A stretch of 51,927 nt of DNA, counting the filler, from Squatina squatina (taxonomy: Eukaryota): the NCBI GenBank assembly GCA_031763465.1. It is 3 parts of 2 records of this genome, joined end to end, with 100 filler letters (N's around TTAATTAATTAA, not from the genome) between each part and the next. Parts side by side here need not be neighbours in the genome. Positions count along the whole stretch, not along the records: positions 32,314 to 51,927 come from JARFOE010000168.1; 2 more parts are not named here. The stretch is one strand, 5' to 3'. Positions 36,180 through 47,190 of the stretch are shown here, in pieces. The notes below the pieces were generated by a model. It did not search any database. It had not been told where the DNA came from and saw only the letters and a list, made by a program, of their open reading frames with translations. The number at the start of each line of letters is the position of its first letter. Within the stretch, counting starts at the first letter, position 1. Made by a program: the position numbers and the translations under genes.

Positions 36180-36945
36180 GAATTTCCAGGGGGCGGAATT
36201 CCTGTTTCGCGCCCCATTAGTGCCTCCGAGGGGCACCAACAGGACGTAAATTTTTTAAAATAGCGGCGGGAGGTGGCCGTCTCGACTCCTACGCAATTCC
36301 CTGGTGGGGGGAGGGAGTCCCCGAGGTTCAAAGGCCTTTCTGCCTCACCCTGGTAATTTTGCGGCGGGTCGGTGCGTGACATCATCAAATCGCACACCAT
36401 CCCTTTTGCGCCGCGTCATCAGATCTTGTGCCTACTCTTTTGTGCCACGACCCCTCCTGCAGGTGGGAGCACCGCCAGTGCGCCCGTGGGTGAAATTCCC
36501 CCGTGGACCGCTGCTCCAGTGGCAACGACAGCTTTTGCCTGCACCCCTTAAAGGGGAGGGCCGGTGGCCACCATCTTGAATTGTCGCTGACTCTGTGGTG
36601 GGCCGCGCTGCGACCGGGCCACCATTCCCTTACCCGGCAAGCCTACTGGCCTGGTCAACGGTTTCCCTGGTGGCCCAATGGCGGGCCGTGGGGAACTGTT
36701 TCAGCAGCTGGCGGCCCTCCCCTTTAAGGCAGGTGGCAGGGCTGCCGATGAAGTCAGTGCGCCATGGCACGTTGGCTTTTGCAGCGTGGCGCTGATGTTA
36801 TCAGCGTCAAGCTGATGCACCTGTCTCCACACCAGTTGAGCGCCAGTACAGCACCCTGGGAGCGAGGTGGACAGTGCTCTGCCTCAGTATGGGGAATATT
36901 TCGAGAAACGGCGCAAAAAATGCTGGCGCCCAAACTTCATTGCCT
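36180..36945. mobile_element. GC-rich imperfect-palindrome element in PRPSAP2 intron
   Basis: Perfect 18-bp inverted repeat CCTTAAAGGGGAGGGCCG (36546-36563) / CGGCCCTCCCCTTTAAGG (36712-36729). CpG-rich with no credible ORF. Confidence 0.65.
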
Positions 36946-38760
36946 CTAGTCTACATCATTAGCAGGGTGTGACCAACAGCAATGAGTTTACGTTAAGTGT
37001 AGGCTGTGGGAAAGTGTTTTTCCAACTCAAGTCAAATGAAGTACTTGAGTGTCTTCTTACAGAAGCTTCTTAGAGGGAGAATGATTCAGNNNNNNNNNNA
37101 TGTTCAAACTGGGGCCCACAGATCACTAGATTTCTGTACCTATTGACTCACTATCATATTATTTCTGTTGCTAAACACCAAAATGTGTTCTGCAAGCAAC
37201 AGCACTGTCTTCTTAAATTAGGTCCTGGCACTGCCTTTCAGACATTGGGACGGGGTCTCCAGATCCACACAGAAAACTTTGAAAATAATTGACACTAAGC
37301 ACCCTCCCTCTGTTAACTGGAAGAGTCTCAAGTCAAAGAAGTTTGGAGCAACATTAACACGCTTTTTTGCAGGCAAGAGTCTAAGGCACAAAAAACACTC
37401 GTCATTTGGTACCACCACTAAGAATAGCTGGCAAGAATAATCGCAAAATGGTCAGCATTAAAAACTGTACATTCATTCAGTTACCCTCTGCTTTATCAGT
37501 GGAGTCAAACACATTTAAAAGAGGAAGATACTGACAATTAGCCTAGTTGGATGAATGGCCAATTATAGGTTTATTGGTTTGGTTACACAGAACAACTTAG
37601 TACGGTTGCCAACTTAGAATAATGAACACAATGATCTCATTGGTCCAGTGCCAGTTTATAGTGAAGTCTGAAGGTTGACAAAGCCAACTTGTTATTTACA
37701 TAGAAGCTCAACAAATTAGAGACTCAGTCTTCAAGCTTTAAATCAATTTGTTGTCAATGAAGTGCATGTTTCTAGTAAAAAGGTGATCAAATGTGACAAT
37801 GTTTAGCCCTTTTACAATTATAAAAATTATTTCTGAGTATAGTTGTATATTTTACTATTAGGCTGACTTTAGAATCTAGGCCAATGCTGGCATGAATCCA
37901 GGTGTTCCAGAAAGCTGAAATTCTGCATTTAAACTTATTCAATGTATAATTATTACATTTTTAACCAAAATGTACCATTTCACATTTACTGACAATAACA
38001 CACGAGTCTCTGGGGTTTGGCTGAGGTTGAGTTCAGGAGGCTATCAAGGATTCTGTCTACCTTCAGGGTAGGGTTTCCAGACTTTATGGGATGCTGGGAG
38101 GGGTCTTTAATTTGTAATCACATTCTGACCCTGGGACATGATCTGGGACATGTGGACTGCCAATGAAGATCTCCAGACTGCCTGGTACCTAGATCCTGTT
38201 CCCTTTGACTAGGCGGCAAGCATGGTGGAGGGTGGAAATTGGAGTTTGACAGGGAGCGGAGGTACTGTTCCAAGGCGCACATCTGAGTTTTTTGAATGAA
38301 TTTGGGTCTTTTAGGATGTGTTTAATTTGGAGGTAGCAGAAACACATCCACCTGAGGAGATTTAGACATGATACAGAGGGGTGCACTGGTGAGATAGCCA
38401 CAAATGAGAAGAATGAGTTGGCAGTGGCAGAGGAGGAAGCTGCTGTCTGTAGAGCCAGCTGCAACCTCACGCGACCAATGAATCTTCCTAAGCATTGATG
38501 CAGTCATTCGGGGGTTGTGCAAAGCAGGTGGTGGCTTGGTTGGATAAGTTCACTAGTCATATATGCTCAGACTTATACAATGATTTTGCAACAGTGCAGT
38601 CCACCTTACTTGTGGCAATTCCAAGGATATTTGCAGTTGAATCTCCTTCCCTCCACCAGAGGGTCTAAGACCAGTCAGATGGTCAGATTGAGCCCTGGGA
38701 TTCAGTGTGAAAACCATTATCTCTTCCGACTTCAAGAAGCTTCGGGATAGTTAGACAGAA

Positions 38761-38800
38761 TCATAGAAACATAGAAACATAGAAAATAGGTGCAGGAGTA
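38761..38800 (-). mobile_element. CR1 LINE 3' tail (CATAGAAA)n
   Basis: TCATAGAAACATAGAAACATAGAAAATAGGTGCAGGAGTA next to a gap. Confidence 0.7.
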
Positions 38801-40715
38801 NNNNNNNNNNNNNNNNNNNNNNNNNNNNNNNNNNNNNNNNNNNNNNNNNNNNNNNNNNNNNNNNNNNNNNNNNNNNNNNNNNNNNNNNNNNNNNNNNNNN
38901 TACAAATTATTGCTATGGCTTCAACAATGGGTCTCTAGTTTAAATTTACCTTTAAGCTATTGCAAGTAGCATCCTTCTGCTCCAGAGAGCCAGCTGCATT
39001 TATATTAACCGACTCAGCAAAATGTGTGCTTGCGATGAGTAACCTACACTTTAATCTCAACCCTAATTTTGGCTGAAATTTTAAAATTTAAAAAAAATTT
39101 CCCTTCCCTAATGAAAATCCTGCATACTAGACCTGGCTTGGCCCAAAAATAAAAACTGAAATATCAGCCTCAAGATCTTTCTTTTTAACACTTGTATGCA
39201 ACTGGTTTTAGAACCACACTGGCAAAGGTTTAGCAGTAGGTCACTTGCCTACCCTTTCAATCATGAGAATGAAATGATGAAGGTGGTAAAGAGAGGAGCT
39301 TAAATACAAATCAAGAGACAGTATACCAGCAACCACCATTTAAATGCCTGCACATTTAAGTTAAACAAAAACCATCAATGCGAAAATCAAGGCTTGGTGC
39401 TTTAAAATGCACTGAACCATAATGGCCCGAGATTTGTATATTCCTATGCTCCTAACTATCACACTTGCCAGTAGTACAGGTGATACTGATAGAACACTTG
39501 ATATGCTCCTTGAGGAATGCAGCTGTGCAACAGATACACTGATGAATGTTCCAACCGGGATCAATCAGTTGCATTGCATTTTACAGACTATAGTAGCTCC
39601 AATTTCCAGAACAGTTACAATAATTGCAGTGAAGTTTCTGAAGTTAAAAACAGCAAGTTATTCTTCCCAAGTAAGCAGAATGCCATAAACACAGACAAAT
39701 TGTGGAGACTGTTTACTATGAAATTCAGCCTTGAATTTTTTTTTATAAAGCTCAAGAAAAAAGGTTTTCTCAGGGTGTTAATGAGATGCAATGCTCAGCT
39801 GTGCTGCTTTGGAGAGGCAGAGAAACCAAATTACCACCTAGAAGACAAAATTGAAAATTTACCCCGTCCCCCAGCAAACAGATGGGCTGGAGAAATCTAG
39901 AGGAGACCCCCTGAGCTTCTGTTGCTCCTACCATCCAGTCGAGAGAAGTATCAGCAGAGGTCTGGGAGTCGTACGGTCATAGGATATTAATGAAATTAAA
40001 AAACTAAAATAAAACAAAACAATTAAACACAAAGTAGAGGAATATTTCTGCTGCTCCAACAGAACCACAATTTCCAATGTGGTCAGGCTAAAAGAGCAAT
40101 GCAGCTGTACCTTTCCACATGCCTGTAGTTTCAACCAGTTTCCCAGGCAGTACGCTGCAGTGTGACAGATAAGCTCGGCTTATCACTGTGTATTTTGCTT
40201 ATATCCAAGTAATAGGTCAGCAAGACCATTGTAACAAAAATGCATGACTGTTTCTTGCCAATTTTCTCTTCATTCCTTCTGAAAGCACTGGTATTTGCAG
40301 CTCCACAGGCATTGGAAACCCTCTAATATTTCACCCAAGTAGCCAGTTTCTAAACCAAAGTCTTAACTGGAATGTATATATATTTTTTTAAATAAAATGT
40401 CTGCTCCTTTCTATCAGATATTTCAAGCACTGCCAACGTATTGCAATATGTCTGGTTTGAAAAGTTCTCCCATTATTTCACCAGTGTTGACCTTACAAAA
40501 TTCAATTAATCCTTCAAAGTATGCATCTGTCTCAATGACTAAGCAATTTCATCTCTTGCATAACCCCCGATGAGATTTTATTTTCAGAGATAAACTTCAC
40601 ATGTGCAAAAGCCATTCCACGTGAAGCAATGCTCACACTACATCCAAGTCCAGAATGCATCAAAATCCTCAACAGAGGCTTTTTGCAACTAAAATATTTT
40701 ATATTATGCACTTAC

Positions 40716-40768
40716 CTCTGTTAGCTTCTTGGTAGACTTGAACTTTACCCGGTTCTACGCCAAGTCGC
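40716..40768 (-). CDS. PRPSAP2: PRPSAP2 early coding exon (53 bp)
   Basis: CAATTTTAG| ... AGAG|GTAAGT. RLGVEPGKVQVYQEANR compares with recalled human RLGVEMGKVQVYQEPNR. Confidence 0.9.
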
Positions 40769-41074
40769 CTAAAATTGAAGATGAGGAATAGCCCTCAAAA
40801 AAATCGTTCCTCAAAAACCATAGTGCTGACTTTATACAAAATTAGGGCATAGACACAAGAAATGTCTGCAATAGGATAACTGAAGACATTGAGACAAAAA
40901 AAAAAACAAAAGTTTGGGGTAGGGGCAGGTACACTAAAATCTTCCAAACAAATCTGCATCAAAACATTGAACTGATTACTGTAAAGACAATAGCCATTAT
41001 AGAATTACAAGCTGCTATAGAAGCAATCACATTTTCACTATAACACTGACCAAATTAAAAAACACAATTCATCA

Positions 41075-41313
41075 ATGGCTCAGTGGATAAGTGGTCCAGC
41101 ATAATGAACCACCTGATCCCAGGTTTGATTGTTGGTCTGCAGTGGGATGCCTGATCTTAGTGGTGGTAGCATGGATGGGCACTACAAATAGGCTTGGTGT
41201 TTCAAGACTTGGGGACAAAAGAGGCAAAGGAAGGAAAAAAATATTGATGGGTTGCTACTCCTGATCACTGTCCACTGACTTCCTTTGCTGGAAACTGTGC
41301 TTTAAGTGGGTAA
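41075..41313 (+). mobile_element. Old SINE-like repeat (second family) with Pol III-like boxes
   Basis: TGGCTCAGTGG (A-box-like) and CCCAGGTTTGATT (B-box-like), with a body shared with 34240 and 44360. Confidence 0.6.
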
Positions 41314-41599
41314 NNNNNNNNNNNNNNNNNNNNNNNNNNNNNNNNNNNNNNNNNNNNNNNNNNNNNNNNNNNNNNNNNNNNNNNNNNNNNNNNNNNNNNN
41401 NNNNNNNNNNNNNTGCAATGGGCTGGAGAATTAGGGAAATATTGGAAAATAAAGCAACTTTATATATATTTTTTCAACATTTTAAGACATCGACTTTTAA
41501 AGGAATTTTCTCTCCTCCAGTTTTCCTTTAAGAGCGCTTCCAGAAATAAACATGCCTTGTCCCAGGCTCTGTCCTATTTGGTATGAGAGGGATGTGATG

Positions 41600-42020
41600 G
41601 TTTGGATCATGTACAATCTCCCTCCGCCATGCGGCAGAGTAGGAGCATTGGGAGTAGATCCCGGCTCTCGGTGAGCGAGCGAGGCAGCGGCTGCGAAGCG
41701 ATGGGGCTGGAGACGGACTGAACCGAGCACCATGGCATCGCCCGTGTTTACCTAATGCTGTCACCGCTCTCCCAGAAAGAAAGGAAGGAAGGAAGCCGTG
41801 TTGTCCTTTTTTTGGGGGGCGGTGGAGGGGGTGGTGGGTGGTTTGTTAAACAAGAGGCGAGGTGTTTGGTGCTATGTCATTGACCCAGCGTTAGCTCGCC
41901 TCCTCTGTCTCTGCCTACATGCCCTGTGCGCTCGCACTGCCGAGCAGAATATTTCTCTCTGTCTCTCTTCACCTCCTAAAACGTAGGATGCATCGGATAT
42001 AAAAACACACATAACAAGCC
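41600..42020 (+). promoter_or_regulatory. Putative CASKIN1 promoter/5' UTR, CpG-enriched
   Basis: Local CpG/GC enrichment directly upstream of the CASKIN1 ATG on the same contig. Confidence 0.5.
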
Positions 42021-42114
42021 ATGGGGAAAGATCAGGAATTACTGCAAGCTGTTAAAAGCGAAGATGTACCTGCAGTGCAGAAGCTGTTGCAGAGGCCGAA
42101 ACAAGGCAAAGCGA
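42021..42114 (+). CDS. CASKIN1: Caskin-1 first coding exon (94 bp)
   Basis: Strong Kozak context GCCATGG. MGKDQELLQAVKSEDVPAVQKLLQRPKQGKA compares with recalled CASKIN1 [31 protein letters not shown]. Donor A|GTGAGT. Confidence 0.88.
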
Positions 42115-42258
42115 GTGAGTAGCATTTAAATCGATCAATTGGTTAAAATAAATATATANNNNNNNNNNNNNNNNNNNNNNNNNNNNNNNNNNNNNNNNNN
42201 NNNNNNNNNNNNNNNNNNNNNNNNNNNNNNNNNNNNNNNNNNNNNNNNNNNNNNNNNN

Positions 42259-42348
42259 TTCTCTCCACAGATGCTGCCTGACCTGCTGAATTTTTCCAGC
42301 ATTTTTTGTTTATATTCTAGATTCCAGCATCTGCAGTATTTTGCTTTT
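42259..42348 (+). mobile_element. Common shark repeat terminus (probably Penelope-like)
   Basis: CTCTCCACAGATGCTGCCTGACCTGCTGA...TTCCAGCATCTGCAGTATTTTGCTTTTG. A second copy is at 50155-50222. Family assignment is from recall. Confidence 0.55.
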
Positions 42349-43570
42349 GTAAATAGATTTTTATTCGGTAAGGATATCAAAAGATATGGTGCAAAGGCGG
42401 GCTAATTAAATAGTGGAGCAGTTTTGAGTGGCTGGTTAGCCTACTCCTGTTCCTGTGTTTCTATGAACATTATTTGTGAGGAGCTTATGGCATGTAAACT
42501 TCATATGGAAGCTTCTAGATTATAACGACATGGTTTAACCTCTACAAACCAAGAAAGACAAAGCGTTAAAATAAAAGAATATAAACAAATAATCCCAGTG
42601 TGTGTTCTGGTTCTGATACAATGGTAGCTTCAATTGGCGACATAAGAGTGTTATAAAACTACAATAATTTCACTGTACTGGACAAAGGGTAATGGAAGAT
42701 TGATTGACTACTCTGGCCCTTTGTAGTGTTGGTCAATAAAACTTGCGATCAGCATTCAATCAGCAATTTGCAATGATTCACGTTGCCAAGTGCTTTTGTT
42801 TCCAATTTATGCGAAACCAAAGAACATCTACAGCCACAAATATTCACAAATAGATCACGGGGAGGTTGGGGGTTGGTGGGGGTGAAGCTGACTCTATACG
42901 CAACTTACGAAATGCAAGGGATCCACTTATAATGCCTCAAATTACATGAAGAATAAAGTATTTGTTTTACTCAAATGAAAGGATTATAAGATGCACAAAG
43001 GATGTGTGTATGCAATGCTGTTTACTGGTCGGATGTGCGCTCCACTGATTTCGAATACCATAGATCTCAACCTTTCATCTTGACCAGCTTACATGAAGTG
43101 ATAATGTGATGGCGCACACTAGTATTTCAATGTGCAGGCTCTTGTAAAATATATTATTCATACATTGCCTCAGAGTATTGATGCATTTTTCCTGTGCCTG
43201 TTGGTTAATTTCAAAGACTATGTTTTGACGACTTGCTGTGACGTTTCCCATCATATTAATTTTTTTTAATTATGCAGAGTAGAATTCTCAGAGCAGCACT
43301 AAACTGGGTGAACTTGGCTTTTAGATGTCATTTGTTCTCCGTTTGATTGCTTTGTGATTTTGATGAAGTTTCTCTGTGCACTCTGTTTTATATGCACTTC
43401 AGGCCCCAAATGCCTCAAGTATTATATTTTATTAATAGGAACAGTACAATCAGACTGTTGTTTAGGATGAAATTTATTTGAATTGAAGAGATTACTCATG
43501 GATAATGATAAATACTATTGATGGAATTCCACCTTCATTTGTAATGTATGGTGGGATTCTATCTCTTTCT

Positions 43571-43709
43571 CTGCTGTTTGTGATTTTCATTAACGACTTG
43601 GAAGAGGGAGTCGAAGGGTGGGTCAGTAAATCTGCAGACGACACGAAGATTGGTGGAGTTGTGGATAGTGAGGAGGGCTGTTGTCGGCTGCAGAGGGACA
43701 TAGATAGGA
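43571..43709 (+). mobile_element. CR1 LINE RT catalytic-region fragment
   Basis: [36 protein letters not shown] matches the CR1 consensus KFADDTK.GG, here with F changed to S. Confidence 0.9.
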
Positions 43710-44354
43710 NNNNNNNNNNNNNNNNNNNNNNNNNNNNNNNNNNNNNNNNNNNNNNNNNNNNNNNNNNNNNNNNNNNNNNNNNNNNNNNNNNNNNNNNNNN
43801 NNNNNNNNNTGAGTGATTTTTTTGCTTAATTTAAACATCAGCAGGTGTCACGAAATAAGTGCCACCTTTTTCATTTGAGGGCAGTGGAAGGGAAGGGAGA
43901 CTGTAAACATGTTTTTAAAAAAAAACTCCAATGTGACCTGTGATTGACTGCTGCAGATTTGAATTTAGGGTTCGGGGGACATTTGACATAATTACAACTA
44001 CTTTAAATTATGCAATTAAAAGGGGAGTTGCAGCCAAAGACCTTGCCAAATTCCAGTTGCAGAATTGGCAAAAGTTGGCAACCCTTACAAATGTGTTTCT
44101 TGGGAGATAAAGACAAATGTCTATTTCCTTTTCTCCACCGCTGATAAGTTAAATGAATACTATGAATTAAACATAGAGGAAATCTGGGCCTGTTGTATGG
44201 GGTGTATGGGCCTGAAAATATGAATCTTACCAAGGCTATTTAAGGAGTCATGTGGTAGAATAATGTTCTCTATATTCATTAACAAAAGTGACTTACCTTC
44301 TAGATCATATACTTGTGTTACTAAACTGTTACAACAACCATGTTCATTCATATG

Positions 44355-44680
44355 AACCATGAGGGTCCCAGCTTCAGTTTCTGATCTGTGCTGAGGTAAC
44401 TGATCTCAGCTGGGGAAGCTAAAAGAACATTACAATTGTCCGCATCACCCCTGAGGTTGGGAAGGTAAAATTGGCCAAAGTTCCTGCTCCTGATTATTAT
44501 CCAGTGAACCTTACTGTTGATGTCTGGTAAGTTGAGGATTCGTCTTGACTGTTCATTCACACATGAATTATGAACTCTTGGATCAGGTATTGGAGGTTGT
44601 CTGTTGTCCATGCAACCGTACCATATCAAGCAGTTGAACGTCAGTGAAGGTGCCCATGGGAAGGACATTTGATTCTCCTA
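44355..44680 (+). mobile_element. Old SINE-like repeat (second family)
   Basis: GGTCCCAGCTTCAGT...CTGATCTCAGC...TACAATTG...AAATTGGCCAAAGTTCCTGCTCCTGAT..TATCCAGTG. Confidence 0.6.
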
Positions 44681-45944
44681 ATGAAGGAGGGGAGTGTAGA
44701 TGGGGACAAGGGGGAAGGAACACCATTTAGTGAGTAATTGATTTTAAGTTTAGTGAGAAATGTTTCCCTTTTGAGTACTTTGTAGCTTTTCAATTGTCAG
44801 TATTGTGTTAGTTGCAGTTTCAAAAGGGTTAGAGACTGTGTTTTAATCCTGTGTATTCTTTTGCCTTATAAACATGCTGAAATTTGAAATTTTTACTTCA
44901 TGTCAAAATACTAACCTTTTTGCTTTTGGTCAAACATAATTAGGGTCTTCATTAATAAACTGTCGTTCTATTGATGCAACCTTGAAAATAACCTCAGCTA
45001 GTCATAAGAAGCTATATATTGGGCCACCTGCGTACATTAAAAAAAAATCATAAAAGTCCCAGAGGACTATGAAAATCCTTTTGGGTATTACATTTTGCTC
45101 CTTGCCGACGACACACCTCTGGGTGACAAAGAACTGTGACTGTGTGTTTAAGTATTTTCTCTGATGCTTGAGTAGTTTTACTGATGTTCTTCCTTTTGAG
45201 GATAAGTTACCCTCTACCTCATCCACCTTCTGTGAGTTTCCTCAGACTGTGAGCTTTTCTGACAAAGTGGGTATGTGGTGACGTGCTCCTGTATGGTTCT
45301 TTTGAGACAACTGTTGGAAGGTAGCTGAGATGACTGCAGTAATATCTCTTCCTCTTCACTTTTCCCTTGTAAAGCTCTCTGAGGCATTCTTTCGCATGAG
45401 GTATGCTACATAATTATTTGTTTTTTTGTACATGACGTATCTTTCTGGCCAGACTTTTCTTGGTGTGTCTATCCTTGACATATACTCTAAAACTAGAGTC
45501 TACTCACGAACACATTTGTGTGTTAAATTCTCACCATTTCATGTAATGACTCTTGTGTAAACTCCAGTATTAAGTTCCCACAGTCACTCATTCACAAATA
45601 ACACACACTACTTTAAAACAAAAAGGGTTTTACTCCATTCAGTCAAGTCGTATTAACACTGGTCGGGAGCGGGGATGCAGGAGACTGGATTCTGAAACAC
45701 ATCTGAAATCAATTTCTCATAATAACGCTTTCTTGTTAAGTTAATCACCATGTGTGCAGCAACCTCATTCAGAAAACTGTTATTGAATTCTTGGTTCGGC
45801 AGTGTGGCTTGATCACTGACAGTTGATAAGAATCAGTGTCCAAAATACTCTGGCAAGTTAGTGTTTCACATTCTGGATGTGACGATAATCTAGAAACAGC
45901 CTCATGAATTAAAGGTCGTCATAATTTTTGTGGGCATTTTGCAC

Positions 45945-46192
45945 TCATGAACATTTTTCACAAAAAGGGCGGTAGAAATCGAGAACTCTCTCCCCCAAAA
46001 GCCTATAGATGCTGGGGTACAATTGAGGCTTTCAAGACTGAGATCGATAGATGAGGGTATCCGTTAGGTGAGGGTCTCGAGGAATATGGAGCAAAGCTGG
46101 AGAAAATGGAGTTGAGGTACAGAACAGCCATGATCCAATAGACTGACATCACAAAGTCAAGGGGCTGAATGGCCATCTCCTGTTCTGTGTTC
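45945..46192 (+). mobile_element. Degraded CR1 LINE 3' region
   Basis: AACTCTCTCCCCCAAAAG...TTCAAGACTGAGATCGATAGAT...AGGGGCTGAATGGCC..CTCCTGTTC. Confidence 0.75.
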
Positions 46193-46329
46193 ACTGTTTC
46201 CCTTGGCTCACTGATGTTCCGTGTGGGCCACAAGAATCTATTTTAAGGTTCGTTTAATACAAAGGTTCATTGTTAAATTGTAAGTGTTTTCTGCAGGGTT
46301 GGGGGCAGCTTCTCTCTGAGATTGGGTGC

Positions 46330-46515
46330 TTGGCATCTTCAAAATTACCAGTGCTATTCCTTCCACCTTCCCTTCCTCCTTCAAATTCACCTCCTTGACT
46401 AAGTCTGTGGTCACCCATCCTAATAGCTCCATCTTTGGTTCGGCTTCCAATATTTTAAATCTGATTATGCCCCTGTGAAGCTCTGTTACAGGCGCTACGT
46501 AAATGCAAGTTGTTG
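46330..46515 (+). mobile_element. L2-clade LINE/SINE 3' end
   Basis: TTTGGTTCGG...CCCCTGTGAAGC...GGCGCTACGTAAATGCAAGTTGTTG, an L2-type tail. Confidence 0.55.
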
Positions 46516-47057
46516 GTATGGTGTTAGTTAATGGTAGGAAGAGGAGACAGAGGGAGATGGAATTCTGCAGTTTTGAGCNNNNNNNNNNTAAATATACTTT
46601 TCCCATTATTACTGTTGGAAGCGAAAATGTTTCTACTAGTCTCTGTGTAATCACTTCCAGACATTCCCTAAATTGACAGTGTTCAATCCTGAGGATGTGG
46701 AGTGAAAAGCTGAAAAGCAGAAAAGCCATTTGTATATAAAAGGTAATCAGGCTTCACTTCCGTTATTTCAGTTTGATTCAATCTGAACAGACTGTTGACT
46801 GCAAAACTGAGAGCCAGAATTGAACTGCTAAAATTTGTAGTTTCCATTTAGAAGAGAATACCAATCCATGAAGTAGCAAATTTATAGAAGTGCTTTATGC
46901 CAGTAAAATACTACTGACTATTCAATGATACAATATACACAATAAATGTTTTGTCTCNNNNNNNNNNNNNNNNNNNNNNNNNNNNNNNNNNNNNNNNNNN
47001 NNNNNNNNNNNNNNNNNNNNNNNNNNNNNNNNNNNNNNNNNNNNNNNNNNNNNNNNN

Positions 47058-47190
47058 CTGGAATTTAGAAGGTTAAGGGATTTAGGGCAAAGCTGGGTAT
47101 ATGAAGTTAGGCCGCAGATCAGCCAGGATCTCATTGAATGGCGGAACAGGTTCAAGGGGCTAAATGGCCTAATCCAGTTTCTATGTTCTC
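47058..47190 (+). mobile_element. CR1 LINE 3' UTR
   Basis: AGATCAGCCAGGATCTCATTGAATGGCGGAACAGGTTCAAGGGGCTAAATGGCCTA...TTCTATGTTC. Confidence 0.8.

Noticed and set aside
42021-42114. ANKS1A/ANKS1B assignment for MGKDQELL
   Set aside because: The continuation QAVKSEDV...LLQRPKQGKA and the intron position fit CASKIN1, not ANKS1 (EAARTG...LLSG).
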